Below, in pieces: positions 49,633-62,674 of a stretch of 64,000 bases of DNA. Both the position numbers and the translations under genes were made by a program. Each line of letters opens with the position of its first letter. Position 1 is the first letter of the stretch. The stretch is from Spirochaetia bacterium (GTDB lineage: Bacteria > Spirochaetota > Spirochaetia > CADAEX01). The notes below the pieces were generated by a model that was not told where the DNA came from, ran no database searches, and saw only the letters and a program-made list of their open reading frames with translations. The stretch spans positions 112,144-176,143 of the forward strand of contig CAXXHA010000032.1 of assembly GCA_963662265.2 (NCBI GenBank), in the 5' to 3' direction.

Positions 49633-49884
49633 TTACTCCTTGTATAAAACTTCCAAAAACAGTTATTAGTTCTGATAGCAAACTTTTTTAACTAGCATTA
49701 TAAATATTTTAAAAGGTGTGTTTTATATAATACAAAAAGTATATATCACTACATTTCAGATGTCAAGAAAATCTTTCATTGATAATAAAGGAAAAAAATC
49801 TTCATTTTTATTTGAAACTGTATTATAAAAAGTCTATATTATTGATTCTATTATTTACTTAAGCTGTACAGGGGAATTAACCTT

Positions 49885-50844
49885 ATGATAAATAATTTTT
49901 CGATACTGACTGACTCCCTAAAATCAACATACAAAGTATGTTTGACACTTTTCAGGATAATTATCCCGGTCAGTATTCTTATGAAATTAATTACAGAATT
50001 GGGTCTGATAACACATATAGGAGAACTGCTGTCTCCCCTAATGTCGCTTGCAGGACTTCCGGGAAGTTACGGCCTTGTATGGGCTGCCGGAATCTGTACA
50101 AACATCTATGCAGCAATGCTTGTATTCTCAAAAGTCATATTGAATAATCCTGTAAACACTGCTCAAGTTTCTGTTCTCGGGATCATGCTTCTTGTTGCCC
50201 ATGCACTTCCCATAGAGGCAACTGTTGCCAGAAAAGCCGGTATAAAACTGAGGATCTCCCTGATATTCAGACTGGCATCTGCTCTGCTGTTCGGAATCAT
50301 ACTCAACCTGATATTTGAGACAACAGGACTTTTTCAGGGCTCCCCCAATATTATCTGGTATCCGAAAAACAACGAAACAGGCTATATCGCATGGGCAGTC
50401 AGGGAAATTCTTAATTATGTGAAAATAACAGGTATTATTTTCACTCTCATTACCCTTATGAACATACTGAAAGCCACAGGAGTCATGAATGTTCTCATAC
50501 GCCTGCTCCACCCGGTGCTGAAGGGACTCGGAATCGGTAAAAAAGCAATACCGATAACAATAATAGGGATTGTACTGGGTTATGCATATGGAGGAGGACT
50601 TATTATTGCCGAGGCCAATTCAGGTAGAGTCGGAAAAAAAGACCTTTTCTACACAATAATATTCCTTTCCCTCTGTCACAGCCTGATAGAAGACAGCCTG
50701 CTGCTGATTTCTCTGGGTGCTGATGCTGTTATTGTCTTTCTCGGCAGGTTTATTTTTTCATACATTACCTGCACATTAATTGTCCTGGCAACAAGAAACA
50801 TGAATGAGGAAAAATTTAAAAAACTGTTCTTCAGACCTCTTTAG
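49885..50844 (+). CDS. Nucleoside-recognition (gate) domain membrane protein
   Basis: PLMSLAGLPG, AHALPIE, YGGGLII, LCHSLIED. Confidence 0.78.
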   Translation: MINNFSILTDSLKSTYKVCLTLFRIIIPVSILMKLITELGLITHIGELLSPLMSLAGLPGSYGLVWAAGICTNIYAAMLVFSKVILNNPVNTAQVSVLGIMLLVAHALPIEATVARKAGIKLRISLIFRLASALLFGIILNLIFETTGLFQGSPNIIWYPKNNETGYIAWAVREILNYVKITGIIFTLITLMNILKATGVMNVLIRLLHPVLKGLGIGKKAIPITIIGIVLGYAYGGGLIIAEANSGRVGKKDLFYTIIFLSLCHSLIEDSLLLISLGADAVIVFLGRFIFSYITCTLIVLATRNMNEEKFKKLFFRPL

Positions 50845-51099
50845 AAATTATACAGATGCTTTAAAGATTTATTTAAATTCGAACAGAGATATAAAGTATC
50901 TGATCAGATTAAATATAATCTCCCAATATCTGTGTATATTACTAAAATTATTCCAATTGTTTAGCTGTTTCCCACATATTTTGCATTACAATTCAAAATA
51001 CATTAAAATATATTATATAAAACATATTACATAGATGTGATTTAAAATATTGGTGTATTAAAGAAAGTAACATATTTCCTGAAAAACATAGGAGGATTT

Positions 51100-53142
51100 A
51101 TGTTTAAAAATCTAAAAATAGCAACAAAACTGTTGCTGTTCGGTATTTCAGTCATGACAATACCACTTCTAACTGTTGGAATATCTTCAATATCAATTGC
51201 CGGAAATGCCCTTACACGATCAACAGATGAGCAGTTACTGACAAGAGCTAACGAACTTGCCCTTCTTATTGATAATGTACTGGCCGATGAGATAAAGACA
51301 GCAAAAAGCTGGTCAATCCTTGATGTTACTGTTAACGCATTGGATTCGTCAACAATAATGGAGACTGATGATGTAAATAACAGGATAAGTGCTCTTAATA
51401 ATACATTTACCAATATTCAGAATACAGAAGGGCTTGGTGAAAATTATCAGGTAATTATTGCTACAGATACTTCAGGAATAATTATTGCAGCCAGTCAGGA
51501 AAATTATCTGGGTGTATCTGTCTCGGACAGGGGATATATAAAGGATGCTCTCCAGGGAAAAGTAAATTTGGGAGCAGTTGGATTAAACAAGGTAACAGGA
51601 GATCCGTTTATCCCTATTGGAATACCTGTTTATTCATCTGATGGAAGGATTACAGGTGCGCTGGCAACCATTATTGATATTTTATTTATCAATAAAATAT
51701 CAAATGATATAACAATAGGCGAAACAGGATATCCATACATCATAGATTCTACAGGACTGATTCTTGCTCATCCGAATCATGATCATATTATGAAAACAAA
51801 CCTTTCAAAGACAGTGGGAATGGAACAGGTCATTGCAAACATGGTATCAGGGAAAAGAGCTGTCGATAAATATGTATTTGAAGGAATTCCAAAAAGCTGC
51901 GGCTATGCACCGGTTGAACTGACAGGATGGAGTGTGGGACTCACCCTTCCTGATGAGGAATTTCTGGCACCTATTTTCCTGGTACGTAATATTGTAGCAT
52001 CTGTCGGGTTAACATTTCTGATTCTCGGCATAGCTATCTCACTTCTGTTTGCAAGAAGTATCTCTTCAAGGCTCAAAAAAAGTGTGAATTTTGCATCCAA
52101 AATAGCATCAGGAGACCTTACTGCTGATATTGATATTAACCAGAAGGATGAAGTAGGTCAGCTTGCAGCATCCCTTCAAGATATGTCACAGAACCTGAAC
52201 AACATTTTGAAGGATATAAACAGTGCATCGAACCAGGTTGCTTCCGGAGCCCAGCAGATATCTTCAACATCCCAGGAGATCTCCTCCGGCGCAACAGAGC
52301 AGGCATCAAGCACAGAAGAAGTATCAAGCGCTATGGAACAGCTTGCAGCCAATATACATCAGAACACTGAAAGTTCACAATCGGCTGATGAAATTGCCAA
52401 AAAAATTACAACAGAAGCAACACAGGGGGGAGAGGCTGTAAATCAGACTGTTTCCGCAATGAAGAGTATTGCAGAAAGAATATCTGTTATTGAGGATATT
52501 GCAAGAAACACTAATATGCTGGCTCTGAATGCAGCAATTGAAGCTGCAAGAGCGGGAGATGCGGGTAAAGGATTTGCTGTTGTTGCATCTGAAGTAAGAA
52601 AGCTTGCAGAGAACTCGGGGAATGCGGCTGCAGAGATAACAGAGATAGCAGGAAGCAGTGTTCAGGCAGCGGAAAAAGCCGGCAACTTAATCAATGAACT
52701 TGTACCCCAGATACAGAAAACTGCAGAGCTTGTTCAGGAAATAAATATTTCAAGCCTTGAACAGACAAAAGGCGCAGAACAGATAAACCAGGCCCTCCAG
52801 CAGCTTGATACAGTAATACAGCAGAATGCATCATCATCGGAAGAAATGGCATCCATGGCGGAAGAACTGAGCAGCCAGTCAGAATTGATGCAGAGCAATG
52901 TCGAGTATTTCAAACTCAAAGAATCTGAAATGTTTGCCAGGGTCCCGGAAGAAAAGGCAAAATCAGCTGAGAAAAAAAAGAAAATTGCCAGGAAAACTGA
53001 AAATACTGGAAAAGAAAAGAAAACTGAAACTGCGGATAATTTTGTAAAAACAGAAAATGATGAGAAAAAAGAAACTCAAAGAGAATATACCGCTGATCTT
53101 TCAGATGATTTGAGTGATCTTGACGGCTTCAGTGAATTCTGA
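51100..53142 (+). CDS. Methyl-accepting chemotaxis protein (dCache-HAMP-MCP)
   Basis: Two TMs, [14 protein letters not shown] Cache, [43 protein letters not shown]; C-terminal GFSEF pentapeptide. Confidence 0.96.
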   Translation: MFKNLKIATKLLLFGISVMTIPLLTVGISSISIAGNALTRSTDEQLLTRANELALLIDNVLADEIKTAKSWSILDVTVNALDSSTIMETDDVNNRISALNNTFTNIQNTEGLGENYQVIIATDTSGIIIAASQENYLGVSVSDRGYIKDALQGKVNLGAVGLNKVTGDPFIPIGIPVYSSDGRITGALATIIDILFINKISNDITIGETGYPYIIDSTGLILAHPNHDHIMKTNLSKTVGMEQVIANMVSGKRAVDKYVFEGIPKSCGYAPVELTGWSVGLTLPDEEFLAPIFLVRNIVASVGLTFLILGIAISLLFARSISSRLKKSVNFASKIASGDLTADIDINQKDEVGQLAASLQDMSQNLNNILKDINSASNQVASGAQQISSTSQEISSGATEQASSTEEVSSAMEQLAANIHQNTESSQSADEIAKKITTEATQGGEAVNQTVSAMKSIAERISVIEDIARNTNMLALNAAIEAARAGDAGKGFAVVASEVRKLAENSGNAAAEITEIAGSSVQAAEKAGNLINELVPQIQKTAELVQEINISSLEQTKGAEQINQALQQLDTVIQQNASSSEEMASMAEELSSQSELMQSNVEYFKLKESEMFARVPEEKAKSAEKKKKIARKTENTGKEKKTETADNFVKTENDEKKETQREYTADLSDDLSDLDGFSEF

Positions 53143-53251
53143 TAATCAGTTTTTTTGCTTTTTTATTATTAACACAAACTGAAGCTTAATATTTTCAAAC
53201 CAGAGGCTTTGTTTGTTTTCTTATAATATCAGCTCTGCAAACAAGAATTTC

Positions 53252-53289
53252 ATAAAAAAGCCGGACTACTATAGCCCGGCTTTTTTATA
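53252..53289. terminator. Bidirectional intrinsic terminator
   Basis: ataaaaaagccgg..ccggcttttttat between the convergent MCP and glyA genes. Confidence 0.8.
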
Positions 53290-53322
53290 GAAGTATCAGT
53301 TAAGAACTGTCCTTAAACACTA

Positions 53323-54573
53323 TTATTTATACATCGGATAATCTGCAGTGAATTTGTAAACTTCCTGCCTGATGCTTTCAAGAGCTTCATCATTATCAAC
53401 GTTATCTACTGCTCTCTTGATAAATTCAGCAACTCTGGCCATCTCAGGCTTGCCCATGCCTCTTGTAGTAAGAGAAGGTGTACCGATTCTTATACCGCTG
53501 GTTATCATTGGTTTTTCCTTGTCAAAAGGAATAGTATTTTTATTGGCGCTGATTCCGGCTTTGTCGAGAGCCTTTTCAACTACTTTACCTGTAAGTCCCA
53601 TTGCTGAAACATCTACAAGCATGAGGTGGTTATCTGTACCGCCTGTAACAATTGAAAAGCCCTGTTCAATGAGTTTTGCAGCAAGCTCTTTTGCATTATC
53701 ATTTACTTTCTGCATATATTCCCTGTATTCAGGTTTGAGACATTCACCGAAAGCAACAGCCTTGGCAGCAATAATATGCATAAGAGGTCCGCCCTGGATT
53801 CCGGGGAATACTTCCCGGTTGATCTTCTTTGCAATATCTTCATCGTTAGTGAGAAGATATCCGCCTCTCGGTCCTCTTAATGTCTTATGTGTTGTACCTG
53901 TAGTTATATGCGCGTATGGAACAGGAGATGGATGTAAGCCTGTTGCAACCTGTCCCCCGATGTGGGCGATATCAACCATGAGGAATGCCCCTACTTCATC
54001 GCAGATTTCCCTGAATTTCTTGAAGTCAATAAATCTCGGATAAGCACTTGCACCTGCAATAATCATTTTCGGTTTTGTTTCAAGTGCAATTCTTCTTACT
54101 TCATCATAATCAATCTGAAGTGTTTCAGGTGATACTTCATAAGCAACCATATTATAAAGATTACCTGAAAAATTAAGTGGATGTCCGTGAGTAAGGTGTC
54201 CACCGTGTGAAAGACTCATACCAAGAACAGTATCGCCGGGCTTTACAAGAGCAAGGTATGCAGCCATGTTGGCCTGAGAACCTGAATGAGCCTGAACATT
54301 TGCATATTCAGCGTTAAAAAGCTTCTTGATTCTTTCAATAGCAATCTTCTCAGCAACATCGACATACTCACATCCGCCGTAGTATCTTCTTGCTGGATAC
54401 CCTTCAGCATACTTGTTGGTCATGATTGATCCATCTGCTTCAAGAACAGCCATTGATACATTGTTTTCTGAAGCTATAAGCTCAAGGTTCTGGTTCTGTC
54501 TTGATTTTTCATGTTCAATTGCTTCCCAGATTTCAGGATCTGCATCCTTTAAATGTGTTTCAAAAAAATCCAT
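53323..54573 (-). CDS. glyA: Serine hydroxymethyltransferase
   Basis: [54 protein letters not shown]. Confidence 0.99.
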   Translation of the reverse strand: MDFFETHLKDADPEIWEAIEHEKSRQNQNLELIASENNVSMAVLEADGSIMTNKYAEGYPARRYYGGCEYVDVAEKIAIERIKKLFNAEYANVQAHSGSQANMAAYLALVKPGDTVLGMSLSHGGHLTHGHPLNFSGNLYNMVAYEVSPETLQIDYDEVRRIALETKPKMIIAGASAYPRFIDFKKFREICDEVGAFLMVDIAHIGGQVATGLHPSPVPYAHITTGTTHKTLRGPRGGYLLTNDEDIAKKINREVFPGIQGGPLMHIIAAKAVAFGECLKPEYREYMQKVNDNAKELAAKLIEQGFSIVTGGTDNHLMLVDVSAMGLTGKVVEKALDKAGISANKNTIPFDKEKPMITSGIRIGTPSLTTRGMGKPEMARVAEFIKRAVDNVDNDEALESIRQEVYKFTADYPMYK

Positions 54574-54972
54574 TTTGTCCTCCGAAGTTTATTGCATTTG
54601 TAGGCGTCTTCCCGGTGTCAAATTACTCTGTACTGTATTCCGGACGGGAGACTGCGGCAAAAGTGCCCGGTAAGCCCGGATTTTTTAAGAATCCAGGATA
54701 AAGGAATCTGATTAAATCATGCCAAACATGTTTCTGTAAAAGTATAATTTCCTTTAATAATCCGCTGTATTTTTATGCATTTTTTATTGGTGAAACTATA
54801 GCACACTCATTTTTCTGTTGCAAGCATCAATATTAAACAATAGTTTGAAACAGCATATGCACTGTCATATAATTTATTTAAATTGTTTTTTTCAGACCTT
54901 CTATTGATGATATAACTTTCAATATGCGAAGTACGCATCGGCATAGTTATCATTACTATAAAGGAGTCATAA

Positions 54973-55779
54973 ATGATAGAATTCTTTTCTTCTCTTAATC
55001 CGGTTGCACAGGCATTTATAGCAACTCTTTTTACCTGGTTTATTACAGCATTGGGAGCCGCGCTTGTTTTCTTTTTTAAAACGATCAATAAAACAGTGCT
55101 TGACGGGATGCTTGGTTTTGCCTCAGGTGTTATGATTGCAGCCAGTTTCTGGTCACTGCTTGCTCCCGGAATAGAACTGGCAGAAGAACTCACTACACGG
55201 CCATGGATACCTGCTGCAACAGGTTTTCTTTCCGGCGGTGCTTTTCTCTGGCTTGTGGATAAATTACTGCCCCATGCACATCCCTCATTTCAAAACAGCG
55301 AAGGAATTAAAACATCATGGCAGAGAAGTATTCTTCTTGTACTGGCTATTACAATTCATAATATTCCTGAAGGTCTTGCGGTAGGAGTAGCTTTCGGCGC
55401 TGTTGCTGTGGGAATTCCATCTGCAACACTGGGAGGAGCAGTTGCACTGACAATCGGGATCGGGATACAGAATTTCCCTGAAGGCACATCTGTTTCAGTT
55501 CCTTTGAGGAGAGAAGGAATGAGCAGACTCAAATCATTCTGGTATGGGCAGTTATCTGGATTGGTAGAACCGGTTTCCGGTCTGATCGGTGTAATTCTTG
55601 TTCTTACAATGAGGCATATTCTTCCATTTGCACTCTCTTTTGCTGCAGGAGCAATGATTTATGTTGTTGTGGAAGAACTTATTCCTGAGGCACAGATTAA
55701 GAAACACAGCGATGCCGGCACTGTGGGCGCAATGATTGGATTTACAGTAATGATGATTCTTGATGTAGCACTGGGATAA
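54973..55779 (+). CDS. ZIP family metal transporter (GufA/ZupT-like)
   Basis: GFASGVMIAASFWSLL, ITIHNIPEGLAVG, IQNFPEG, AAGAMIYVVVEELIPE. Confidence 0.93.
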   Translation: MIEFFSSLNPVAQAFIATLFTWFITALGAALVFFFKTINKTVLDGMLGFASGVMIAASFWSLLAPGIELAEELTTRPWIPAATGFLSGGAFLWLVDKLLPHAHPSFQNSEGIKTSWQRSILLVLAITIHNIPEGLAVGVAFGAVAVGIPSATLGGAVALTIGIGIQNFPEGTSVSVPLRREGMSRLKSFWYGQLSGLVEPVSGLIGVILVLTMRHILPFALSFAAGAMIYVVVEELIPEAQIKKHSDAGTVGAMIGFTVMMILDVALG

Positions 55780-56162
55780 TATTCTTTCCAATGCTATAAA
55801 TAAATACTTGTCTATAAAAGGCCGGTAAAACTGGATAAATCAGGTGTAGCTACTACTCAGTCTCTCGGGGAAAGATATCTGAACAACCCCCTGAATGAAA
55901 CAATGTATAAGCAGTCATGTAAGCCAGAGATACAGGAGAGAGAATGTTTTATTTACAATTCCGCTGTGTCTAACAGTCTTCCCTCACCTTCTCGGCATCT
56001 CCCCCGTTTTTCGGGATAATAAACCTGTGCCAGTGCCTGGCAAACGGTTACCAGTGATTTACATCCATAAAACTCGCCGAGTCTATCGGCCATCCATGGC
56101 CTGCCCGGCATAACCTGTGCCAGGGTCTGTCAACAAGCACTGGTGAACGCCATCATGGCATT

Positions 56163-56199
56163 AAAAAAGCTGCCTGATCATACGACCGGGCAGCTTTAA
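56163..56199 (-). terminator. Intrinsic terminator after secF
   Basis: aaaaaagctgcc..ggcagcttt hairpin. Confidence 0.7.
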
Positions 56200-56219
56200 T
56201 ATTTTAAAAAAAGTATAAT

Positions 56220-57605
56220 CTATTTTTTAGCAGATTTTCTTTTTCTCTCTTTTCTTGAAGCAGAAGATTTTTTAACCTGTTTAGCTTCAGCAGGAGCTGC
56301 CGGAGTTTTCACTGAAGGTGTTTCAGTTTCAGCCGAAGCTTCTGTGCTTTCTGCAGCAGGTGCTTCATCTTTCTTCTTTTCGTTGTACTGTTTTTCAGCC
56401 TTTGATATTTTTCTGTTCCTGACAAATCCTGTCCATGCAAGAAGAATAGGAGATGCAACAAAGATAGAAGAATATGTACCGACAATTACACCGATCATGA
56501 GGTTGAGAGCAAAAATCTTAATCACACCAGTTCCGAAAAGGAATATTGCAACAACTGCAAGCAGTGTTGTAAGTGATGTGATAATGGTCCTGCTTAATGA
56601 CTGAGTAATACTGATGTTAACAACTTTTAAGAAGTCCTTCTCTTTGAGCAGATCATTGTTTTCCCTTATTCGGTCAAAGATAACGATAGTATCGTTAAGA
56701 GAATAACCTATAATTGTCAGGAGAGCTGCAATAGTTGCTGTGTTAACCTCGATTCTGAATGTTCCGATAATACCAATCATTATAAGAACGTCATGAACAA
56801 GAGCAGAAATCGCAGATACCGCATATGCAAGCTTAAATCTGAGCCAGATATATACAAGGATAAGAGCAAGAGCAAAAGCTGTTAATGATACAGACTGATA
56901 TCCGATTGACTGGGAAAATCTAGGTCCAACATAGTCAGACTGCTTAACAATAATATTACTGCTTCCGTATCTCTTGCCCAGGGCATCTACAATCATCTTA
57001 TTTGCTTTTACACTGAAATCTTTATCACCTTCTTCATCCTGAAGCCTGATAATAAATTCCTGAGTTTCAGGAGCTCCAGCAACCTGGATCTGGGGATCAC
57101 CTGTGCCTTCAAGAGTTTCCCTGATTTCTCCAATTCCGATGTAATCAGCTTTATCAGTATTTACAGCATTTACAGAAAATCCTTCATCAGAAAGATCTTT
57201 TGCATAGTTAAGACCTGCAAGGCTTAATGCTGGCTCATTTTCTGATCCCTTAACAGAAACTGTAATTCCGTCAATTTTGGAAACAGCAACTGTGAGATCC
57301 CTGATACTTGCATAATCTTCAAGAGGGAAGAGATTTTCCTCTTTATCAAGACCGCCGTTTTTATATTTTGTTACACTGAGTACATTATTCTGAATATTTA
57401 AAACAGTTCTGTCTTCACCTGAATATGAAACTGTAAAAGCTTCATCAGCAACCTGTACTCTTAAGTTAATACCTGAAAGAAAATCAATACCAAGATTGAA
57501 TCCTCCCTGCATGTTGATACCGGCAATACCGCCGATAATAACAATGAGTGAAAGAATAAGCATCGGTATACGTATCTTTGTAAAATTGATTACTTTTGTG
57601 CTCAT
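56220..57605 (-). CDS. secF: Protein translocase subunit SecF
   Basis: NLGIDF..G, VGPRF, HDV, IGYSLNDTIVIFDRIREN, QSLSRT, GTYSSIFVASP. Confidence 0.97.
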   Translation of the reverse strand: MSTKVINFTKIRIPMLILSLIVIIGGIAGINMQGGFNLGIDFLSGINLRVQVADEAFTVSYSGEDRTVLNIQNNVLSVTKYKNGGLDKEENLFPLEDYASIRDLTVAVSKIDGITVSVKGSENEPALSLAGLNYAKDLSDEGFSVNAVNTDKADYIGIGEIRETLEGTGDPQIQVAGAPETQEFIIRLQDEEGDKDFSVKANKMIVDALGKRYGSSNIIVKQSDYVGPRFSQSIGYQSVSLTAFALALILVYIWLRFKLAYAVSAISALVHDVLIMIGIIGTFRIEVNTATIAALLTIIGYSLNDTIVIFDRIRENNDLLKEKDFLKVVNISITQSLSRTIITSLTTLLAVVAIFLFGTGVIKIFALNLMIGVIVGTYSSIFVASPILLAWTGFVRNRKISKAEKQYNEKKKDEAPAAESTEASAETETPSVKTPAAPAEAKQVKKSSASRKERKRKSAKK

Positions 57606-59335
57606 TTGATCCTCCAGCTGATGCTTAACCGTTTGCCGCCGAATGTACTCAGGCTGAAATCAAAAAGAAGTCTTGAAACAAAAAGGGCTGTGAACATTGA
57701 ACATACAATACCTACCGCAAGTGTATAAGCAAAACCCTGAATAGGACCTGTACTAAGCTGTGACAGGAAGATTGCTGCAATAAAAGTAGTTATGTTTGCA
57801 TCCATGATAGTCCAGAAAGCCTTCTTGAAACCTGCATTTACAGAAGCTGAAGGTGATTTACCAAGTCTGTATTCCTCTTTGATTCTCTCAAAGATAATTA
57901 CATTGGCATCCACCGCCATACCTACTGTAAGGATAAGACCGGCAATACTTGTCATAGTAAGTGTGAGATTGAAAGCTGAAAGTACAGCAACAATCAGGAA
58001 CAGATTCATGATAAGAGCAATATCAGCAATAAAACCCGCACCCTGGTAGTAAATAAGCATAAATGCTATTACAAGGATGAATCCGAGTGTTATAGCCCTG
58101 ATACCGAGAGCAATAGAGTCCTCACCGAGAGAAGCGCCAACTGACTGCTGGTTTTCAACCATGAGGTCTACAGGAAGTGCTGCAGTTCTGAGGACGAGAG
58201 CAAGGTCTGTTGCTTCCTTCTTCTCAAAACCTGTCATTCTGACCTGTCCTGAAGGTATAGGCTCAGAAATCCTTGCACCTGCCTTAACTCTGTCGTCAAG
58301 AACAATAGCCATTGTCTTGTCAGTATTTGCAGAAGTAAGCTTGAAGAAGATATCAGAACCTTCCCTGTCAAGTGTAAAGTTGATTACAGGTTTACCTGTG
58401 ATAGGATCGCTTCCCACCTGTGCATTAACAATATGTGAACCGTCAAGACCGATTTCCTCTCTGATTGCAATATATCTTGCAACCCTGTCGATACCGTAAT
58501 TATCTTTCTGTACAAACTCTCTTACAACAATTCCCGGAGGAAGAAGATTACTGTCTACAGGCTGAAGATCATCAGGTCTTAAAGCCTTGCCCGGATTCTG
58601 TGTAATATACTGTCTTAATGTATTGGTTGCATCATCATCAACAATATGAAAATTAAGCTTACCCTTACCCATGAGAAATGAGTTGACCCTTTCCGGGTCA
58701 GCAGCACCGGGAACATCAATAAAAATTGAATCATCACCCTGTCTTCTGATCTGCGGTTCTGTTACACCGAATTTATCGATTCGGTTATTGAGGATTTCCA
58801 TTGCCCTGTCAATTGCAGCGCTTTTTTCCTCACTTGTCGGAGCATGGCCAAGCCTTTCTTCAAGACTTTCCATATCTGCCCTTAAGAGAACACTCATACC
58901 ACCAGAAAGGTCAAGTCCAAGCTGAAGTATACCTTCACTGCTTGTTTTCATGTCCATTACTTCATTTCTGTAATGAGATTCGAGTTCATTGTAAAAAATC
59001 TGTTCATTTCTGAAACTCTTGAGAAGATCCCCGATTGTCCATTTTGAAGGGTTCTCTTTTCTACTGAGTTTATTGTTATACTCAGCTTTTTTTACAAGGA
59101 AATCATACTCTGCCGGAACATCAGTTGCCGGATCTTTTTTAACAAGTTGTTTTATTGCTTCAAGTTCTTTAGCCGCCTTATTCATAGCATAGGTTCTGAT
59201 CTGTTCTTTTGAACCAGTTGCTATTTCTTTCTTGTTTTCAGGAATCTGAAAATACCATTTAAAGGTTGGAAAGAGAAAAATTCCGGCAATTACAAAAACA
59301 AGAAGCGAAAGAAAAAATCTATATCTTTTGCTCAT
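57602..59335 (-). CDS. secD: Protein translocase subunit SecD
   Basis: LGLDLSGG, RIDKFGVTEP, VGASLG, GMAVDANVIIFERIKEE, DANITT. Confidence 0.98.
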   Translation of the reverse strand: MSKRYRFFLSLLVFVIAGIFLFPTFKWYFQIPENKKEIATGSKEQIRTYAMNKAAKELEAIKQLVKKDPATDVPAEYDFLVKKAEYNNKLSRKENPSKWTIGDLLKSFRNEQIFYNELESHYRNEVMDMKTSSEGILQLGLDLSGGMSVLLRADMESLEERLGHAPTSEEKSAAIDRAMEILNNRIDKFGVTEPQIRRQGDDSIFIDVPGAADPERVNSFLMGKGKLNFHIVDDDATNTLRQYITQNPGKALRPDDLQPVDSNLLPPGIVVREFVQKDNYGIDRVARYIAIREEIGLDGSHIVNAQVGSDPITGKPVINFTLDREGSDIFFKLTSANTDKTMAIVLDDRVKAGARISEPIPSGQVRMTGFEKKEATDLALVLRTAALPVDLMVENQQSVGASLGEDSIALGIRAITLGFILVIAFMLIYYQGAGFIADIALIMNLFLIVAVLSAFNLTLTMTSIAGLILTVGMAVDANVIIFERIKEEYRLGKSPSASVNAGFKKAFWTIMDANITTFIAAIFLSQLSTGPIQGFAYTLAVGIVCSMFTALFVSRLLFDFSLSTFGGKRLSISWRIK

Positions 59336-59361
59336 ATAGTACTCCAGTTGTTGAACTATTT

Positions 59362-59709
59362 TTATTTTTCTTCAGTTGTCTCTGCTTTATCGCCTTTTGC
59401 TTCGTGTTTTTCCAAAACAGATGCTACTGCATTTTTTGTGAATTCAATTTTTGTATTATCATCCACTTTAACAACAATAGTTGTTTCCTTAACAGCCTGA
59501 ACAACACCCCTGATCCCACCGATAGTTACGACTTTGTCGAACTTCTTGATCGCGTTGATCATATTCTGCGTTTCCTTCTGTTTCTTGCTCTGCGGTCTTA
59601 TTATAAAGAAATAAAACACAGCAATAACAGCACCAAATGTTATGAAAGTGGTTGCCATTGATCCGCCTGCAGCCTGAAGGAGAGGCAGATTACCAATAAA
59701 ATCTGTCAT
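59362..59709 (-). CDS. yajC: Preprotein translocase subunit YajC
   Basis: FYFFIIRPQSKKQK, DKVVTIGGIRG; upstream of secD. Confidence 0.97.
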   Translation of the reverse strand: MTDFIGNLPLLQAAGGSMATTFITFGAVIAVFYFFIIRPQSKKQKETQNMINAIKKFDKVVTIGGIRGVVQAVKETTIVVKVDDNTKIEFTKNAVASVLEKHEAKGDKAETTEEK

Positions 59710-59919
59710 AATAAATTTATCCTTTTTATATTATTAGAGTTACAGAAAAAATTATCATACTATATGTGCTATAGTCAAGAAAGTTTCCTGTATTTGAGAA
59801 CACTGCTGTTTACCGGGCGCTTAAATACTGCAATTTCCATACAACAGCTGTTATGTCAAACCCGGAGGGGAGTTTTAAAAGAACAACTCCCGAATATATG
59901 AAGCCGACTGATAAAAAAC

Positions 59920-60045
59920 AGGTTTTCAGGCTTCTGAGAGAAAATCTCCAAAGAACGATTTCCGAATGCAAACACTGATATAAAAACTTACAAGAGTTTT
60001 CAGGTGTTTGCTAGGAAATCTCCAAAGAATGATTTCCGGATACCG
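59920..60045 (-). repeat. Diverged 1.5-2 copy tandem of the 77-bp repeat unit (reverse orientation)
   Basis: aaatctccaaagaacgatttccgaatgca..gttttcaggtgtttgctaggaaatctccaaagaatgatttccg resembles the reverse complement of the 3565 unit (ggaaattcccaaagagcaatttccgaatgca); period about 74. Confidence 0.7.
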
Positions 60046-60062
60046 GATGCATTGAAATATTT

Positions 60063-60387
60063 CTAAATCAGTGTGGTTTTAGAAATACTATCAGGAATAC
60101 TCTGTACACCCAGTATGAGTTTTAGATGATCCGGTCCTGATATCTGGGCACCTGTTACCCTGCTGTATGCAGCTTTTACAGCTTCAATTTCTTCATCTTT
60201 ACCCGCATAAACAGCTGAGCAGAGAGCCGGTTTGAAAAGACCAGCATCTATCAGTTGATCTGTAGTCATTTTTTCCGTATTTCTTTTTAGCATTGCTGTC
60301 TACAACTGCACTGTCACCGTCATAACCAATTGTAAAAATAAAATCTTCTCTACCAATCACGTTTTTTTCCTTTGTAACGATAAACAA
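60063..60387 (-). CDS. Small hypothetical protein, +1 frameshift in an A-run near 60272 (probable sequencing error)
   Basis: ORFs 60199..60387 and 60063..60293 join as ..NAKKKYGK|MTTDQLIDAGLFKPALCSA.. Confidence 0.6.
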
Positions 60388-60394
60388 TATTTAC

Positions 60395-60427
60395 AAAAAA
60401 GGGGAAGCCTTTTCCGGCTTCCCCTCT
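60395..60427 (-). terminator. Intrinsic terminator after groEL
   Basis: aaaaaaggggaagcc-tttt-ccggcttcccct. Confidence 0.75.
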
Positions 60428-60461
60428 GTTTATCTGAAATAGTATCGTTCAGGGGGATGAT

Positions 60462-62118
<1,657 letters not shown>

Positions 62119-62400
62119 CTAATCCCTTCCTTTTTACGAATATAGAATCAGGGGTCCTGATTTGAACTTTGGGGGATCCTCTATATTAAGAGCACTCCAT
62201 CAGCTGTCTCCGTTATGCAGAAGCACTGGTTGTATGGGATTATTTTTCAAAATGAAAAATAATTTTTGTTAAAGCGCTACATAAATCAAGACCTCTCTGC
62301 AAGCAGACCGATGTTGGTCTGTAAGGTATGGATTTTATGACGGATCAAATACCATATACCCCTTACAAAATACTTCAAAGTAAGCAGTCATCTGCGGGAT

Positions 62401-62423
62401 ATTAGACCCGCCCTGCGAATAAA
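62401..62423. repeat. Partial copy (3' end) of the about 115-nt dispersed element
   Basis: attagacccgccctgcgaataaa versus ttagacctgaactgcgaataaa and attagatccgacctgcgaataaa. Confidence 0.55.
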
Positions 62424-62674
62424 TTGATTGCTATTTGATTTAATTAGAAGATACAAATTCTTTTTAAAATCATCAACAATTATTTATCTGTTTTAATATA
62501 TTTTTTTTACTGTTTGCACCAAATTTCAGGATTTTTATCACTACGAACAGAAGAAGAGGAAGAAAACTATCATAATAAAGAATAAATAATCCCCTTGTGA
62601 ATGTTTATTTTAATTTTGTATTTTTGTGTCATAAAAAATTAACACCGAAAAACAGTCATTATTACACAAGACAA

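Noticed and set aside
27680-54043. Long antisense ORFs (e.g. 27680..28348, 53372..54043) and other shadow ORFs in the track
   Set aside because: They lie opposite well-conserved genes, have Ser/Ile/Phe-rich antisense composition and show no motifs.
54580-54705. ZMP/ZTP, glycine or THF riboswitch
   Set aside because: Consensus motifs (e.g. GACUGGCG..CGCCUGGGC; GGAGA..CCGAAG..CUCUCAGG) are not present.
62186-62216. CIRCE element upstream of groEL
   Set aside because: Only a partial AGCACTC half-site; no GAGTGCTAA partner at N9.
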